Part shown: positions 9,306-21,896 of the stretch, in pieces
Position numbering within the stretch: the first letter of the stretch is position 1
How the letters are laid out: each line of letters begins with the position of its first letter
Assembly (NCBI GenBank): GCA_963707935.1
Contig: CAVPRN010000001.1
Location: forward strand, 668,183 to 732,182
Source: an uncultured Acidobacteriota bacterium
GTDB taxonomy: Bacteria; Acidobacteriota; Thermoanaerobaculia; UBA5066; Gp7-AA6
Direction of reading: 5' to 3'
Length of the DNA stretch: 64,000 nucleotides
Position numbers and translations under genes: made by a program
Notes under the pieces: generated by a model
What the model was told of the DNA's origin: nothing
Seen by the model: the letters and a program-made list of their open reading frames with translations, nothing else
Database searches by the model: none

Positions 9306-9336
9306 AACTGACCGGTCAGTTTCTAATTGACCGGTC
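9306..9336. promoter_or_regulatory. Probable tandem TetR operator (GACCGGTC core x2)
   Basis: Perfect palindrome AACTGACCGGTCAGTT at 9306-9321 and a second GACCGGTC at 9329-9336, upstream of tetR. Confidence 0.75.
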
Positions 9337-9366
9337 TGGTTCGTCTTTGCCTTCGGAAGGAATGCG

Positions 9367-9954
9367 ATGCCGCGCGTCAAGACGGACGAAAAGCTCGAAG
9401 AGATCCTCACGGCCTCCTCCCGGGTCTTCTCGCAGAAGGACTTCCACGAGGTCCTGATCGACGAGATCGCCGAGGTCGGCGGGATCGGCAAAGGGACGGT
9501 CTACCGCTACTTCCGCACGAAGGAAGACCTCTACTTCGCGACCATCCTGCGCGGGCTCGACCGGGTGGACGGCGTCCTCTCGAAGGCCCTTCCGCAGGAG
9601 GCGTCGCCCACCCGGCGCCTCGAGCGGATCGCGCGGGAGATCCTGACGTTCTTCTGGAACCAGCGTTCGTTGCTGATGCTCGTCTACCGCGACGAGCGCT
9701 CGCTGCGGTCGAGGCGGGGCCCGCTCCGGGAGCGGCACGACCGCCTCGTGCGGCAGGTCCAGGAGGCGATCGTCGAGGGCATCGAGCGGCGTGAGTACCG
9801 CGGGGTGGATGTGTACACCGCCGCCGAGCTCTTTCTGGGAATGATCCGCGGGATCAACATCTTCCGCAGGGACGAAGACACGGTCGAAGCCCTGGTGGCC
9901 GAGATCGTCGGCGTTTTCACGCGCGGGATAACCCGGTCGGAAGGGGAGCGATGA
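9367..9954 (+). CDS. TetR/AcrR family regulator
   Basis: IDEIAEVGGIGKGTVYRYFRTKEDLY HTH; heads the efflux operon. Confidence 0.93.
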   Translation: MPRVKTDEKLEEILTASSRVFSQKDFHEVLIDEIAEVGGIGKGTVYRYFRTKEDLYFATILRGLDRVDGVLSKALPQEASPTRRLERIAREILTFFWNQRSLLMLVYRDERSLRSRRGPLRERHDRLVRQVQEAIVEGIERREYRGVDVYTAAELFLGMIRGINIFRRDEDTVEALVAEIVGVFTRGITRSEGER

Positions 9955-11462
9955 AGGGGAGTCGGGAGAGCTCGAGCCGCGTCCGCTGGCGCCTGGCGAC
10001 GGCGACGGCCGCCGGCGCGCTCTTCGCGGCGGCCTGCGGGCACTTCACCCCCGGAAACACGATCTCGAAATCGGTCGCTCCGTCGCCGGAGATCCCCTGG
10101 ACGCCGCCTCCCGAGGGGCGCACGCCGCAGGAGGCGCCCCAGAAGCTCGAGATTCCCGAGGCGTACACGAAGCCGGGCACGACGCTCTCGCTCGCCCAGC
10201 TCGTGGACGTCGCGCTCCGCAACAACCCGTTGACCCGGCAGGCCTGGCACTTCGCCCGCGCCGCGGCGGCGGAGGTCGGCGTGCAGCGTGCGGAGTTCTA
10301 TCCCGTCGTCGAGCTCGACGGCTCGATCACGAGACAGAAGACGGCCGCGGTCGGAGGGCAGTTTCGCTACCTGCAGACGACCTACGGGCCCGCGGCGTCG
10401 TTGAACTGGCTCCTCTTCGACTTCGGAGGCGGCCGCGCGGCGGACGTCGCGGAAGCGCAGGCCGCGCTCTACGCCGCGGACTGGGTGCACAACGCCGCGA
10501 TCCAGGAAGTGGTCCTGCAGGTCGCGCGGTCCTACTACCTCTACTTGAACGCGAAGTCGCTCGTCGTCGCGCGGCAGTCGAACCTCGAAGAAGCTCAGCG
10601 GAGCCTCGAGGCGGCCGACGAGCGCCACCGGGCGGGCGTCGCGACGATCGCCGACGTCCTCCAGGCCCGCACCTTCGTTTCCCAGGCGCAGCTGAACCTG
10701 CAGGACGCGCAGGGCCAGGTGCAGGTGATCCGCGGCGCCCTCGCGACCGCGGTCGGCGTGCCGGCCACGATCCCGGTGGACGTGGGAGAGCTCCCCGAGG
10801 ATCTCCCGCTCGACCGCGTCGCCGCGAGCGTCGACGAGCTGATCGCCCGGGCCTCGACGGCGCGTCCCGAGCTCGCGGCCCGGCGCTTCGAAGCGGAGGC
10901 GGCGCGCCAGCGGATCCAGTCGGCCCGCTCCGACGGCCTGCCGAAGCTCTTCGCGGTCGGGTCGGCCAATCGGACCTACTACTACCATCCGACCGGCGCG
11001 CCCTATTCGGACAACTACTCCGGCTCCTTTCTCCTGACGATCCCGGTCTTCACGGGTCTCGAGACCGTCTACAGCACGCGCAAGGCGAAGGAAGAGGCGG
11101 AGGAGGCCCGGGCGGCGGCCGATCTGACGGAAGACCAGGTCATCCTCGACGTCTGGACGAGCTACTACGCCGTCCAGACGGCGGCGCAGCGGGTGAAGAC
11201 CTCGCGCGACCTCCTCGCGAGCGCCACGCAATCGGCCGACGTCGCGCAGGGGCGCTACAAGGAAGGGGTCGGCAGCATCCTGGACCTGCTGACCGCGCAG
11301 GCCTCGCTCTCCAACGCGCGCGCACAGGAGGTCGAGGCGAGGTCGCTCTGGTTCCTCGCGATGGCGCAGCTCGCGCACTCGACCGGAGCGCTGCTGCCGC
11401 GCGCGGCGGAGATCACGAATCCCGCGGGCGCGGCGGGCAAGGAGAGCGGGGGGAGTCGATGA
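9951..11462 (+). CDS. TolC-family outer membrane efflux lipoprotein
   Basis: Lipobox-like FAAAC; two OEP repeats (ALRNNP.., RYKEGVGSILDLLTAQ). Confidence 0.9.
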   Translation: MKGSRESSSRVRWRLATATAAGALFAAACGHFTPGNTISKSVAPSPEIPWTPPPEGRTPQEAPQKLEIPEAYTKPGTTLSLAQLVDVALRNNPLTRQAWHFARAAAAEVGVQRAEFYPVVELDGSITRQKTAAVGGQFRYLQTTYGPAASLNWLLFDFGGGRAADVAEAQAALYAADWVHNAAIQEVVLQVARSYYLYLNAKSLVVARQSNLEEAQRSLEAADERHRAGVATIADVLQARTFVSQAQLNLQDAQGQVQVIRGALATAVGVPATIPVDVGELPEDLPLDRVAASVDELIARASTARPELAARRFEAEAARQRIQSARSDGLPKLFAVGSANRTYYYHPTGAPYSDNYSGSFLLTIPVFTGLETVYSTRKAKEEAEEARAAADLTEDQVILDVWTSYYAVQTAAQRVKTSRDLLASATQSADVAQGRYKEGVGSILDLLTAQASLSNARAQEVEARSLWFLAMAQLAHSTGALLPRAAEITNPAGAAGKESGGSR

Positions 11463-12658
11463 CTAGGGCGGCGTTGGGAGGACGGTGGCGCGGCGCCTTT
11501 CTCCTGCCGGCGGCGATCCTCGCCGCGGCGGCGGGCGGGGCCTGCGGGAAGCGAGGGAAATCGGCGCCTCCCGCCGAGACCGTGCCGGTGCTCGCCGCGA
11601 AGGTCGAGCGGCGGGCGGTGCCGCTCGAGGTCCGCGCGATCGGCCACGTGGAGGCGCTCTCGACGGTGGCGGTGAAGACGCGCGTGGGCGGCGAGATCAC
11701 CGAGGTCGCCTTCCGCGAAGGGCAGGACGTCAAACCGGGGGACCTCCTCTTCGCGATCGACCGGCGTCCCTACGAAGCGGCGCTCTCGGAGGTTCGCGCC
11801 CGGCTCGAGCGCGACCGCGCGCTCGCGAAGAACGCCGAGGAGAGCGCGGCGCGCTACGCCGAGCTCGTCAAGAAGGACTTCGTCACGCCGCAGCAGTACG
11901 ACGAGATGAAGGCGAATTCCGCCGCCGCGCAGGCGACGGTGCGCGCGGACGAAGCGGCGATGAGGACGGCGGAGCTGAATCTCGCGTACTGTCGCATCGC
12001 ATCCCCAATCGCGGGACGCACCGGGAGCATCCTCGTCCACGGCGGGAACATCCTGAAGGACAACGACGACCGCGCCCTCGTGACGATCAACCAGATCCGG
12101 CCGATCGCGGTCTCCTTCACCGTCCCGGAGGGCTCGCTCGAAGCGATCCGCTCGCGCTTCCGCGCGGGCGAGAAGCTCGAGGTCCGCGCGATACCGTCCT
12201 CGGGCGCCGCGCCCGAGGTGGCGCCGGCCGGGGCTGCCCCCGCGGAGGAGTCGGCGTCCCCCGCGAAGGACCTGGAGGTGGGCCAGCTCTCGTTCGTGGA
12301 CAACGCGGTGGACAGCGCGACCGGCACGATCCGGCTGAAGGCGAGCTTCGCGAATCCGTCCGGCGCGCTCTGGCCGGGACAGTTCGTCAACGTCGTTCTC
12401 GCCCTCTTGACCGATCCGAACGCGGTCGTGATACCGACACAGGCGCTGCAGAACGGGCAGCAGGGCCAGTTCGTGTTCGTCGTCAAGAGCGACCTGACCG
12501 TCGAGCCGCGGCCGGTGACCGTCGCGCGCACGCAGGGCGCCTACGCGGTCATCGCCAGGGGGCTCGAGCCCGAGGAGCGCGTCGTGACGGACGGGCAGCT
12601 CCGTCTGGCGCCCGGGTCGAAAGTGGAGATCAAGCCGGAGGGGGAGGTGCGCTCGTGA
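11459..12658 (+). CDS. RND efflux periplasmic adaptor (MdtA-like)
   Basis: IASPIAGRTG, FVDNAVDSATGTIRLKA, LWPGQFVNV, VVTDGQLRL. Confidence 0.92.
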   Translation: MTRAALGGRWRGAFLLPAAILAAAAGGACGKRGKSAPPAETVPVLAAKVERRAVPLEVRAIGHVEALSTVAVKTRVGGEITEVAFREGQDVKPGDLLFAIDRRPYEAALSEVRARLERDRALAKNAEESAARYAELVKKDFVTPQQYDEMKANSAAAQATVRADEAAMRTAELNLAYCRIASPIAGRTGSILVHGGNILKDNDDRALVTINQIRPIAVSFTVPEGSLEAIRSRFRAGEKLEVRAIPSSGAAPEVAPAGAAPAEESASPAKDLEVGQLSFVDNAVDSATGTIRLKASFANPSGALWPGQFVNVVLALLTDPNAVVIPTQALQNGQQGQFVFVVKSDLTVEPRPVTVARTQGAYAVIARGLEPEERVVTDGQLRLAPGSKVEIKPEGEVRS

Positions 12659-15600
12659 ATCTGTCGGAGCTCTTCATCCGCCGCCCCGTCGCGACGACCC
12701 TCGTGATGGTCGGGCTCCTCCTGTTCGGCATCATGGCGTACCGGCTGCTCCCGATTTCGGACCTGCCGAACGTGGACTTTCCGACGCTCCAGGTCTCGGC
12801 GACTCTCCCGGGCGCCTCTCCGGAGACGATGGCCGCTTCGGTCGCCACACCGCTCGAGCGCCAGTTCTCGACGATCGCCGGGCTCGACTCGATGACCTCG
12901 ACCTCGATGCTCGGCTCCACACAGATCACGCTGCAGTTCACGCTCTCGCGCAACCTCGACGCCGCGGCGCAGGACGTCCAGTCGGCGATCGCCGCCTCGG
13001 CCAGGCAGCTGCCGCCGAACATGCCGGCGCCCCCCTCCTATCAGAAGGTCAACCCGGCCGATTCCCCGATCCTCTACCTCTCGCTCGTCTCGGACACGCT
13101 GCCGCTCTCGACCCTGGACGAGTACGGCCAGACCATGATGGGCCAGCGCATCTCGACGGTCTCCGGGGTCGCGCAGGTGCTCGTGTACGGATCGCAGAAG
13201 TACGCGGTGCGCATCCAGCTCGACCCGCGCGCGCTCGCCTCGCGCGGGATCGGGATCGACGAAGCCGCCGCGTCCGTCCGCGCCGCGAACGTCAACCTGC
13301 CGACGGGGACCCTCTACGGCCGGCACCAGGCCTTCACCGTCGAGACCAACGGTCAGTTGACGCGCGCCGAGAGCTACGGCCCGCTCGTCGTCGCCTACCG
13401 CAACGGCTCCCCGGTGCGCCTCCAGGACGTCGGCCGGGCGCTCGACTCGGTCGAGAACGACAAGGTCGCGGCGTGGAGCGTGAACAGCAAGGGGTCGTCC
13501 CGCACGATCACGCTCGCGATCCAGAAGCAGCCGGGCACCAACACGGTCGAAGTCGTGGACCGGATCCGGCAGCTCCTCCCCACCTTCGAGAAGCAGCTGC
13601 CCGCCTCGGCGAGGCTTCGGGTCCGGTTCGACCGGTCGGTCTCGATCCGGGAATCGGTCGACGACGTCAAGTTCACGCTCCTGCTGACGCTCTGCCTCGT
13701 CGTGCTCGTGATCTTCCTCTTCCTGCGCAACCTCTCGGCGACGGTGATCCCGAGCCTCGCGCTGCCCCTGTCGCTCGTCGGAACCTTCGCGGTCATGTAC
13801 GGGCTCGGATACAGCCTCGACAACCTGTCGCTCATGGCGCTGACGCTGTGCGTCGGCTTCGTCGTGGACGACGCGATCGTCGTGCTCGAGAACATCGTGC
13901 GCCACATGGAGCTCGGGGAGAAGCCTTTCGAGGCGGCGCTGAAAGGGGCGAAGGAGATCGGCTTCACGATCATCTCGATGACGATCTCGCTCGCGGCGGT
14001 CTTCATCCCGGTTCTCTTCATGGGCGGGATCGTCGGCCGCCTCTTCCGCGAGTTCTCGGTCACGATCGCGGCGGCGATCCTCATCTCGGGGTTCGTGTCG
14101 CTGTCGCTCACGCCCATGCTCTGCAGCCGCTTCCTGCGGCCGGAGCACGATCGCACGCGCGGCCACGGGCGCGTCTACATGGCGCTCGAGCGGGTCTTCG
14201 ACGGCTCGCTCGCTTTCTACGAGAGGACGCTGCGCTGGACGCTCGGACGGAAGCGCGCCGTGATGGTCTTCTCGGCGCTCATCCTGGCGGCGACGGCGTG
14301 GCTCTTCGTCCGGATGCCGAAGGGCTTCCTGCCGAGCGAGGACAACGGCAGCGTCTTCGGGTTCACCGAGGGGGCGCAGGGGATCTCGTATCGAGGCGAT
14401 GGTCGAGAAGCAGAAGCAGGTGGCGGCGATCCTGGGCCAGGACCCGAACGTCCAGACCTTCATGTCCTCGATCGGAATGCGGGGAGGCTCGAATCAAGGG
14501 ATCGTCTTCGCGACGTTGAAGCCGCGGCGCGAGCGCGACCAGTCGCCCGACGACATCATCCAGAAGCTCCGGCCGCAGCTGGCGAAGGTGACGGGCATGC
14601 GGGTCTTCCTCCAGAACCCTCCGCCGATCCGGATCGGCGGCAGCCTGACCAAGAGCCAGTACCAGTTCACGCTGCAGGGAGCCGACACGACGGAGCTCTA
14701 CCGGATCGCTCCCGTCCTCGAGAGCAAGATGCGGGACCTGCCCGGCCTCCAGGACGTCACGAGCGACCTGCAGCTGCAAGAACCCGCAGGTTCGAGTCGA
14801 GATCGACCGGGACCGCGCCGCGGCGTTCGGCGTCACGCCGGAGCGGATCGAGGACGCGCTCTACACGGCCTACGGCTCCCGCCAGATCTCGACGATCTAC
14901 GCCCCCAACAACCAGTACCAGGTCATCATGGAGCTCGCGCCCGAGTACCAGCGCGACCCGTCGGCGCTGTCGCTCCTCTACGTGCGGTCGCGATGTCGGG
15001 CGAGCTCGTGCCGCTCGCGGGCCTGGCGAGGTTCACGCAGAGCACGGGGCCGCTGTCGGTCAAGCACCTCGGCCAGCTCCCCGCGGTCACGATCTCCTTC
15101 AACCTGCGGCCCGGGACGTCGCTCGGCGAGGCGGTGACGGCGGTCGAGAAGGTGGCGAAGCAGACACTGCCGGCCACGATCGCGACGAGCTTCCAGGGGA
15201 CGGCGCAGGCGTTCCAGTCTTCGACGCGCGGCCTCGGGATGCTGCTCCTGATGGCGGTGCTCGTGATCTACCTCGTGCTCGGCGATCCTCTACGAGAGCT
15301 TCATCCACCCGCTGACGATCCTGTCGGCGCTGCCGTTCGCGGGCTTCGGCGCGCTCGTGACGCTCCTGATCTTCGGCGTCGAGGTCTCGATCTACGCGTT
15401 CGTCGGGATCATCCTGCTGGTCGGCCTCGTCAAGAAGAACGGCATCATGATGGTCGACTTCGCGCTCGAGGCGCAGCGCGTCGCACGGCAAGAACGCCGG
15501 AAGACGCGATCTACGAGGCGTGCCTCGTGCGGTTCCGGCCGATCATGATGACGACGATGGCGGCCCTGATGGGCACGCTCCCGATCGCGCTCGGCTTCGG

Positions 15601-15835
15601 CGCGGGCGCCGAGTCGCGGCGGCCGCTGGGCCTCGCGGTCGTCGGCGGCCTTCTCTTCTCCCAGATGCTGACGCTCTACGTGACGCCGGTCTTCTACATC
15701 TACATGGACCGGCTGCAGCAGCGGATCGGCCGCGGGAAGAGGAAGCGGCCGCACGCCGAGCCCGGGCGAATCGACGCCGAGGCCGGCGAGTCCCGCCGGC
15801 CCGCCGCCGCCGCCCTGCGCTCCGTCGAAAGCTAG
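12655..15835 (+). CDS. RND efflux permease (MdtB/C-like), split by about five apparent frameshifts
   Basis: GTG start [14 protein letters not shown]; [33 protein letters not shown]; frame breaks near 14390, 14780, 14990, 15285, 15490. Confidence 0.9.
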
Positions 15836-15855
15836 CGGCGTTCCCCGAGGGTGCG

Positions 15856-16012
15856 GGGGCACGGGGTCAACCGTGCACTCCTGCGCTTTTTGGGGACATC
15901 GGCACTTCCCCGCCACGCCTCGAGACAACTAAGGGGCACGGGGTCAACCGTGCACTCCTGCGCTTTTTGGGGACATCGGCACTCTTCCACTCACCACGCC
16001 TCGAGACAACTA
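15856..16012 (+). repeat. Two tandem ~77-bp units, each carrying the 31-bp end sequence of the RAYT element
   Basis: Units start at 15856 and 15933; GGGGTCAACCGTGCACTCCTGCGCTTTTTGG at 15863 and 15940. Confidence 0.95.
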
Positions 16013-16038
16013 GGGGGTGAGATCCCCGGAGGACTTGC

Positions 16039-16995
16039 TTGCCGCGTCCACTGAGGCTCGAGTTCGAAGGCGCGGTCTATCACGTTGTCGCTCGCGGCAA
16101 CGACCGGCGGACCATCTTTCTCGACGACTGGGACCGCGAGACCTATCTCGACAGGCTGGCGAGCTGTCGGGCCCGCTTCGGCTTCTTCGTCTACGCGTTC
16201 TGCCTCATGGACAACCACGTCCATCTGGTTCTCGAGCGTGGACCCGACACGCTCTCTCGAATCATGCTGACCCTTCAGTCCTTCTACGGCCAGCGCTTCA
16301 ACAGGCGCCACGATCGGGTGGGGCACCTCTTTCAGGGCCGCTACAAGGCCTTTCTGGTCGAGAAGGATCGATACCTCATCGCGCTCTTGCGGTATGTGCA
16401 TTCGAATCCCCTCAAGGCCGGTCTAGTGGCGCGCGCAGAGCACTATCGGTGGTCAAGCGACCGCTTCTATCGAACGGGGAAGGGCCCCCACTGGTTGGAT
16501 CTCGACCGGGCGCTCCGGCTCCTGGGACGGACCAGATCGGAGGCGCTTCGGAGATACCGACAGTTGATGGGAGACGGCTCCGATGACTTCTACGACAAGG
16601 CCCCCGCGGTCGCGAACACGATCAAGGGAGACGACGAGTTTGTGCGCCGAGTTCTGTCCCGGGCGGAAGCGGCTCAGCCGACGTCAACCGGTTGGACGAT
16701 CGAAGCAATCGCCGCGGCGGCCGCTGCCGTCGAAGGACTTTCGATCGATCAACTGAAGCGGCGGGGACAGCGGGCGCGTCCCTCGCGCGCACGTGCGATT
16801 GCCGCGTGTTTCGCCAGACACGAGGCGCGGATTCCGGTGTCGCGGGTCGCGAAGTACTTCGGCAGAGATGAATCGACGCTGATCCGCACGGTCCGGAAGG
16901 TCGAGGATGCGCTGGAGACGGACGAACCGCTCCGAGCGCGCCTGCGGGAGCTGGCGAAGCGGCTGAAGCCAAAAAGCGCAGGAGTGCACGGTTGA
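16039..16995 (+). mobile_element. REP-associated HUH tyrosine transposase (RAYT/Y1_Tnp) with C-terminal HTH extension
   Basis: YHVVARGN, CLMDNHVHLVL (HUH), GHLFQGRYK, RYVHSNPLKAG, YRWSS; C-terminal ARAIAA..SRVAKYFGRDESTL resembles a DnaA-C/TrpR-like HTH; GGAGG RBS. Confidence 0.92.
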
Positions 16996-16999
16996 CCCC
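16969..16999 (-). repeat. Right 31-bp inverted repeat of the RAYT element (contains the stop codon)
   Basis: CCAAAAAGCGCAGGAGTGCACGGTTGACCCC is the exact reverse complement of 15863-15893. Confidence 0.95.
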
Positions 17000-17006
17000 T
17001 AGCGTT

Positions 17007-18390
17007 CTAGCGTTTTCGGACGGCGAGGGCGTAGAAGAGGAGGCCCACGAGGCCGAAACCGGCGGCGCCGCCGCCGACCTGGACGAAGAAGGCGGTCTTG
17101 TCGGGCGTGTCGGCGGGCGGGATGAGCGCGAGCACGATCGCGACGAGCGTCGTCAGGAAGCCCAGGCCGTTCCAGAAGAGGCTCCCCGCGCGCCCGCCCG
17201 GCACCGGGACCGCGCCCGGCGTCGCCGCGATCTGGCGCTCGAGGCGGATCGCCGCCGCGAACATGTAGAGAAACGGGATGAAGTAGACGATCAGCGTGGC
17301 GTTGACGAGCTTCAAGTACGCCGCCTTGACGGTCGAGCCCTGGGTCGCGGCCAGGATGAAGAGGACCGAGAGGACGCCCTGGACGAGGAGGGCCACGTAG
17401 GGGGTCTTCCATCGCGGATGCGTCCGCGCGAAGACGGGCGGCAGGTACTTGTCCAGGCCCCCCACGAAGAGGAGACACGCCGAGCCGACGAGCCACGCCC
17501 CGAGACCTCCGAGGCCCGCGAGTGTGAGGAGGATCGCCGTCGGCGGCCCGAGCCAGGGAAGGCCCACGCGCGCGCCCGCCTTCGTGACCGCCTGCAGGAC
17601 GCCCGAGATGATCGACGTCTCGTTGGGCGGGAGCGCCCACAGCAGCGAGAGGGTGCCCAGGAGATAGCAGGCCGCGATCGTCAGTCCGGAGATCACGATC
17701 GCCCGCGGGAAGGTCTTCTTCGGCTCGACGACCTCATCCGGCGATCGTCGGCGCGAGCTCCAACCCTGCGAAGCCGAAGCAGAGGTTCGCGAAGAAGAGC
17801 ACCGTCGAGAGCCTCCCGAAGTCCGGCAGGAGCGAGGCCGCGGGAATCGGCGTGGCGGAGCCGAACCGCAGTAGCGCCAGGACCCCGACGACGAGCAGGA
17901 CGACCGACGGCACCCACTGCGCGAGGCCGCCGATGTTCTGGACCCAGCGCCCGGTCTTCATGCCGACGATGTTGAAGCCGAGCGCGACGGCGAGGAGCAC
18001 GATCGAGGCGATCCCGGTGAAGGCGGCGCTCTGCTCCAGGGCCGCGAACCGGAGCCCGAAGACGTACAGCGCAAACACGACGGTTGAGAGCGCGAGCGTG
18101 GGGAAGTAGAGGACGTTGTTTGCCCAGTAGAGCCAGCCGGCCAGAAACCCGTGCTTCGGCCCGAAGGCGCGCGTCGTCCAGACGTAGAGGCCGCCCTCCT
18201 CCGGAATCGCGGTCGCGAGCGCGGTGACCGCGAAGCCCTGCGGAATGAAGAACGCGACCGCGGCGAGCACCCAGAGCGAGAGCGAAGACGGGCCGTTGGC
18301 CGCCGCGAGCGCGACCCAGCGCATTCCGACGATCGCCGCGACGTTGAAGAGGACGATGTCGCGGGTCTTGAGAGCGCGCTCGAGGGCCAT
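17007..18390 (-). CDS. APC-family amino acid permease (frameshift near 17740)
   Basis: ALATAIPEEGGLYVW, FGFAGLEL, FARTHPRWKTPYVAL; many TM segments over two ORF pieces. Confidence 0.88.
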
Positions 18391-18405
18391 TACCGACTCC
18401 GCGGC

Positions 18406-20990
<2,585 letters not shown>

Positions 20991-20997
20991 CCGTCGT

Positions 20998-21387
20998 TCA
21001 CCCGAGCTTTGTGGCGACGGCTGGAAAGGACCGCACGAGCTCTTCATCGGAAGTGACAAGCCGCACTCCGAGCTCCTCGGCGAGGACGACGAACTCGCAG
21101 TCGTACGCCGAACAGTCCGAGGCTTCGACGCGCGCCAATACCTGCGCCGAGGGAACCGAGAACTCGCGCCCGCGCATCTGCCCCTCCGCCTCGTCCACGA
21201 TCTGCAGGGCGGTCTCGAGGTTGACGTCGCCGCGGCGAAGGCAGCCGGCGAGCACGTTGCGAAACTCGGAGCGCCACAAAAGGGGCGCGTTCCAGTCCGG
21301 ATCGTTCCGGAGAAGCCGTTCCGCCTGCGCCGTCCGATCCCCGGGCAGCCAGAGATAGGCGAGCACGTTTGTATCCACGACGATCAT
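20998..21387 (-). CDS. vapC: PIN-domain toxin (VapC family)
   Basis: MIVVDTNV, SEFRNVL, CSAYDCEFV, LVTSD acidic residues. Confidence 0.92.
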   Translation of the reverse strand: MIVVDTNVLAYLWLPGDRTAQAERLLRNDPDWNAPLLWRSEFRNVLAGCLRRGDVNLETALQIVDEAEGQMRGREFSVPSAQVLARVEASDCSAYDCEFVVLAEELGVRLVTSDEELVRSFPAVATKLG

Positions 21388-21623
21388 CGGCGGCCGGAGT
21401 TGCGAAAGGCGGAAAGATCCGAATCCGTCAGGCGCCCGCCGACCCGTCCGCGCAACCTTGTGGCCCGGGCGAGCAACGCCTCCGGGTCGAGCTTCTGAGG
21501 AGTCGTGGCGGCCTCCAGAAGCGCAATGATGTGACTGTTCAGGCTGCGGTGCTGCTGCAGCGCTCTCGCCTTGAGTTGGCGGTGGAGCTTGTCGGGGAGA
21601 TCTTTGATGGTGACCGTGGCCAT
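21384..21623 (-). CDS. Ribbon-helix-helix antitoxin (FitA/Arc-like)
   Basis: MATVTIKDLPDKLHRQLKARALQQHRSLN; GGAGG RBS; ATGA overlap with vapC. Confidence 0.88.
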   Translation of the reverse strand: MATVTIKDLPDKLHRQLKARALQQHRSLNSHIIALLEAATTPQKLDPEALLARATRLRGRVGGRLTDSDLSAFRNSGRR

Positions 21624-21780
21624 GGGAGCCTCCAGTGATTTCGAAACGGAATCATAACGCAACCATTGCATTCCTGGCCCTTCACCGCTCCGCGCGGGCC
21701 TTCCGGGGCTCCTGTGGGCGGGCGTGCCGAGAAATCGTGCCGGTGGCCCGTCCGTTCCGTCGCGGGCGAAGCAGGCGAGC

Positions 21781-21831
21781 GACTCCGCGTGGCGCGAGGA
21801 TTTTCACCCAGGCGCCGGCTGCGAGCGTCAT
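21781..21831 (-). pseudogene. Decayed kinase 5'-end stub (MTLAAGAWVKILAPRGV)
   Basis: First 21 nt match the stub at 30488 at 19/21; ILAP-G motif retained after a short deletion. Confidence 0.7.
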
Positions 21832-21843
21832 CGGAACAGGTCT

Positions 21844-21863
21844 CCTCTCCGGGGGAGAGGGAG
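21844..21863. repeat. Partial copy of the CCCTCTCCCC..GGGGAGAGGG hairpin repeat
   Basis: cctctccgggggagagggag. Confidence 0.6.
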
Positions 21864-21896
21864 TTGGAGCCGACTCACTCCAAGCATCATCGATCG

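Noticed and set aside
15856-16012. Mini-CRISPR or guide array beside a nuclease
   Set aside because: Only two units with almost identical spacers; better explained as a duplicated element end
20998-21024. VapC C-terminus (AVATKLG) as another kinase stub
   Set aside because: Resembles TVGSKLG of K3 but is too short to tell from chance
21828-21890. Mini-ORF MMLGVSRLQL.. (and MPLPIGP at 30578) as further stubs
   Set aside because: Similarity to kinase starts is weak, and the ATGA overlap arises automatically from ATG-ACN starts
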